Source of the DNA: Torpedo marmorata
Lineage: Eukaryota
Direction: 5' to 3'
DNA length: 64,000 bases
Assembly (NCBI GenBank): GCA_977017645.1
Contig: OZ360228.1
Location: 54,436,001-54,500,000 of the forward strand
A program made the translations under genes and the position numbers. Below the pieces are notes generated by a model that did not search any database, was not told the DNA's origin, and saw nothing but the letters and a program-made list of their open reading frames with translations. Positions 61,905 to 64,000 of the stretch are shown in pieces. Position 1 is the stretch's first letter. Each line of letters opens with the position of its first letter.

Positions 61905-62545
61905 TGCAGGTATTAAACAGGCAAAATCCCGCGACCATGGGGTCTGTGCCCAAGATGGAAGCGCCTCTGATCGGCAGCAGCCACGAGGGGTTGCAGACTC
62001 CAGAGGAGTGGAGGACTGGCGCAGGGCACCAGAAAACGGGGAGACCATCCCCTGTCTGAGAAGGAGAAACAGAGGAGACGACACAGGACGGTGACCACGA
62101 CAGCGGACCAGTGAGGGGGCTCTGCGGTTGAAAGACCAATGCAGGCGGCGGGCTGCTGGCGACTCGAGGCGAGGAACCCGCGGAGGCTGTGGGTTGCTGG
62201 AGACTGGCTCGAACTGGCTGAAGGGGTACCAGGTATCGGAACCGGGATGTGAGGGGTTGCCGAAGGCGCTGAAGGGTTCCTGACCGTGTCAGAGGTTCGG
62301 ATCTGGAGCTCGGGTTGCCAATGGTTTGGACTGGACTCTGTGTGGCTGCGAAGGCGAATCTACAGACACTGGTGACTCTGGGGGGACTCTCTTTTGCTTC
62401 TCTTTCTCTAACTGTAAGAGGCGCTTCAGGCAATTTTTGCCGATGGCGAATCTGTCTGTCTTACGGCAGGCAAAAGGAATTTAGTGTAATATGACACTGT
62501 TTTATTGCATGACAATAAATTGAATCTTGTATCTTGAATCTTGAA
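61905..62545 (+). mobile_element. Non-coding retroposon with Rex1-like 3' tail (copy 2)
   Basis: ccaagatggaagcgcc near the 5' end. Tail atgacaataaattgaatcttgtatcttgaatcttgaa. Confidence 0.75.
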
Positions 62546-63799
62546 ATCATCTGAAACACGAAACATCTAAGAGTGCAGCACTTAATCACTACTGCACTGA
62601 AATGCCCAGCTTAGATTGTGTATTTGAGTATTTGGAGAATGGCTTGAAGCATATTGTCAACACTGAGAATTCTATCACTGAGCCAAGGATGACTTCATAT
62701 TACATTTCAACTTCTTATTCACCTCTTAAATTCACATATGAAATATCAATCTATCTCAATAAATTTCCCCTTCTAGATTTTGTGACAGCTAATTATGTAC
62801 AAAGCTACAAGTGGATTTCATACTTCACTCACTGCAATTGAAAACTATAACTTGAATATTTAATTTAGTCAATATTTTTTGTGATTAGGCATACAATGCC
62901 AAATGAAAGTATTTGATAAGGATTAATCCTCAGCAAAGATTTTAATTCCATCCCTACTACCCTCCACCTTCCCCCACACATCCCCACCCAGCACCTTGCA
63001 TAGAATTCATGTTAGTCTTCCAGTTAAGTTTAGCTTTTAGCTTCTGTCAAAATTTCTTTGCATTACTTTTTATATGATTTATATAATCAGATAACCATAA
63101 TCATAATTTCCTCAAAACCTATTGCACTGTGGCTTCTTATGACTTCAGGGTATCCATTTATGATTATGTGTATAAATATTTGCAGTCACAAAACGTAATT
63201 GCTGAATGACTTTGAAGGAGAGTTTTCATACCACAAATCATATGTTCATTATTTTTTGACAAATTATTACAATCTATCATACTGATAAGAATTTTTTGCT
63301 GTGGCACTTGACCCAACAGACAAGTTCTTCAGCATCAAGCCACGCTGGCTATTCTAGAAGTAGTGAAACAATGAACTTTCCTTAAAGTTTAATGCTACTG
63401 TTAAATCAAACTATAACTTTAATTACGGTTTTAAGAATTGAACCTCTTTCCATAGATGCTAAAATGTTTCCCCACCAGGTTGGGAGAAGAACCTATTGGT
63501 AATATTATTTATGTAGCATAGAGTGGGAGCTGATGAAGCTTTGGAATAAGAAACACAAAAGTCAAGACACAAGAAGATGTAAGTCTGTAAAATACTGTCA
63601 ATACTGGAATTGAAATAAAGAAGATGAGAAAAAATAAACGAAATGCTGATATATCAAAATACAAATGGTGGGAATATAGACTGTTCCTTTGCGACCAAAA
63701 GATAGGGAAATCTTTTTATGTACAGCAGGAGGCTGCAAAAACATAATGTCCTCAAAGCTCACAATATTTCTATTGTAATTTTTTTTTTTAATGAGATTA

Positions 63800-64000
63800 A
63801 AAAATCTCACCCATCTCCTGTGGCTCCACACAGAGACAATCTTGTGATCTCTAATGGGACCAATTCTCTGCCTAGCTACCCTTATACTCTTAATTGACTT
63901 GCAGAATCTCTTGGGTTTCTCCTTTATCCTGTCTGCCAACTCCATCTCATGTCCTCTTTTTGCTGTCCTGATTTCCTTCTTAAGGATACTCCTACACTTG
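63800..64000 (-). mobile_element. CR1 ORF2 fragment running off the right edge
   Basis: ELADRIKEKPKRFCKSIKSIRVARQRIGPIRD matches the linker region of the other CR1 copies. Confidence 0.8.

Overview
Vertebrate genomic DNA, not prokaryotic. It is most likely from a cartilaginous fish (shark/ray), inferred from the repeat content: HE1/V-SINE-like SINEs, abundant CR1, Rex1/Babar and Penelope elements. The one host gene is NOVA1 on the minus strand: promoter/CpG island at about 46.1-46.8 kb, coding exon 1 at 45851-45716 and exon 2 at 44459-44316. Everything from 44315 to the left edge appears to be its large intron 2; no exon 3 was found. The rest is mostly transposons (L1, CR1, Rex1/Babar, Penelope-derived foldback elements with hammerhead-like cores, SINEs, a Harbinger-like MITE, a Tigger fragment), plus a 28-bp minisatellite and two N gaps. 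Main leads: (1) NOVA-type YCAY elements in NOVA1's own transcript (5' leader cluster, a UCAUY x3 hairpin in intron 2, and a minisatellite of CCAU|GUGAGU units), suggesting autoregulation; (2) a candidate frame-preserving 177-nt cassette exon inserting into KH1; (3) Penelope-derived elements with minimal hammerhead ribozyme cores; (4) two twin-primed 5'-inverted L1 insertions; (5) a MITE with a 67-bp hairpin built from MER2/Tigger-like sequence. Family names come from motif recognition, not database searches, and boundaries of degenerate repeats are approximate.
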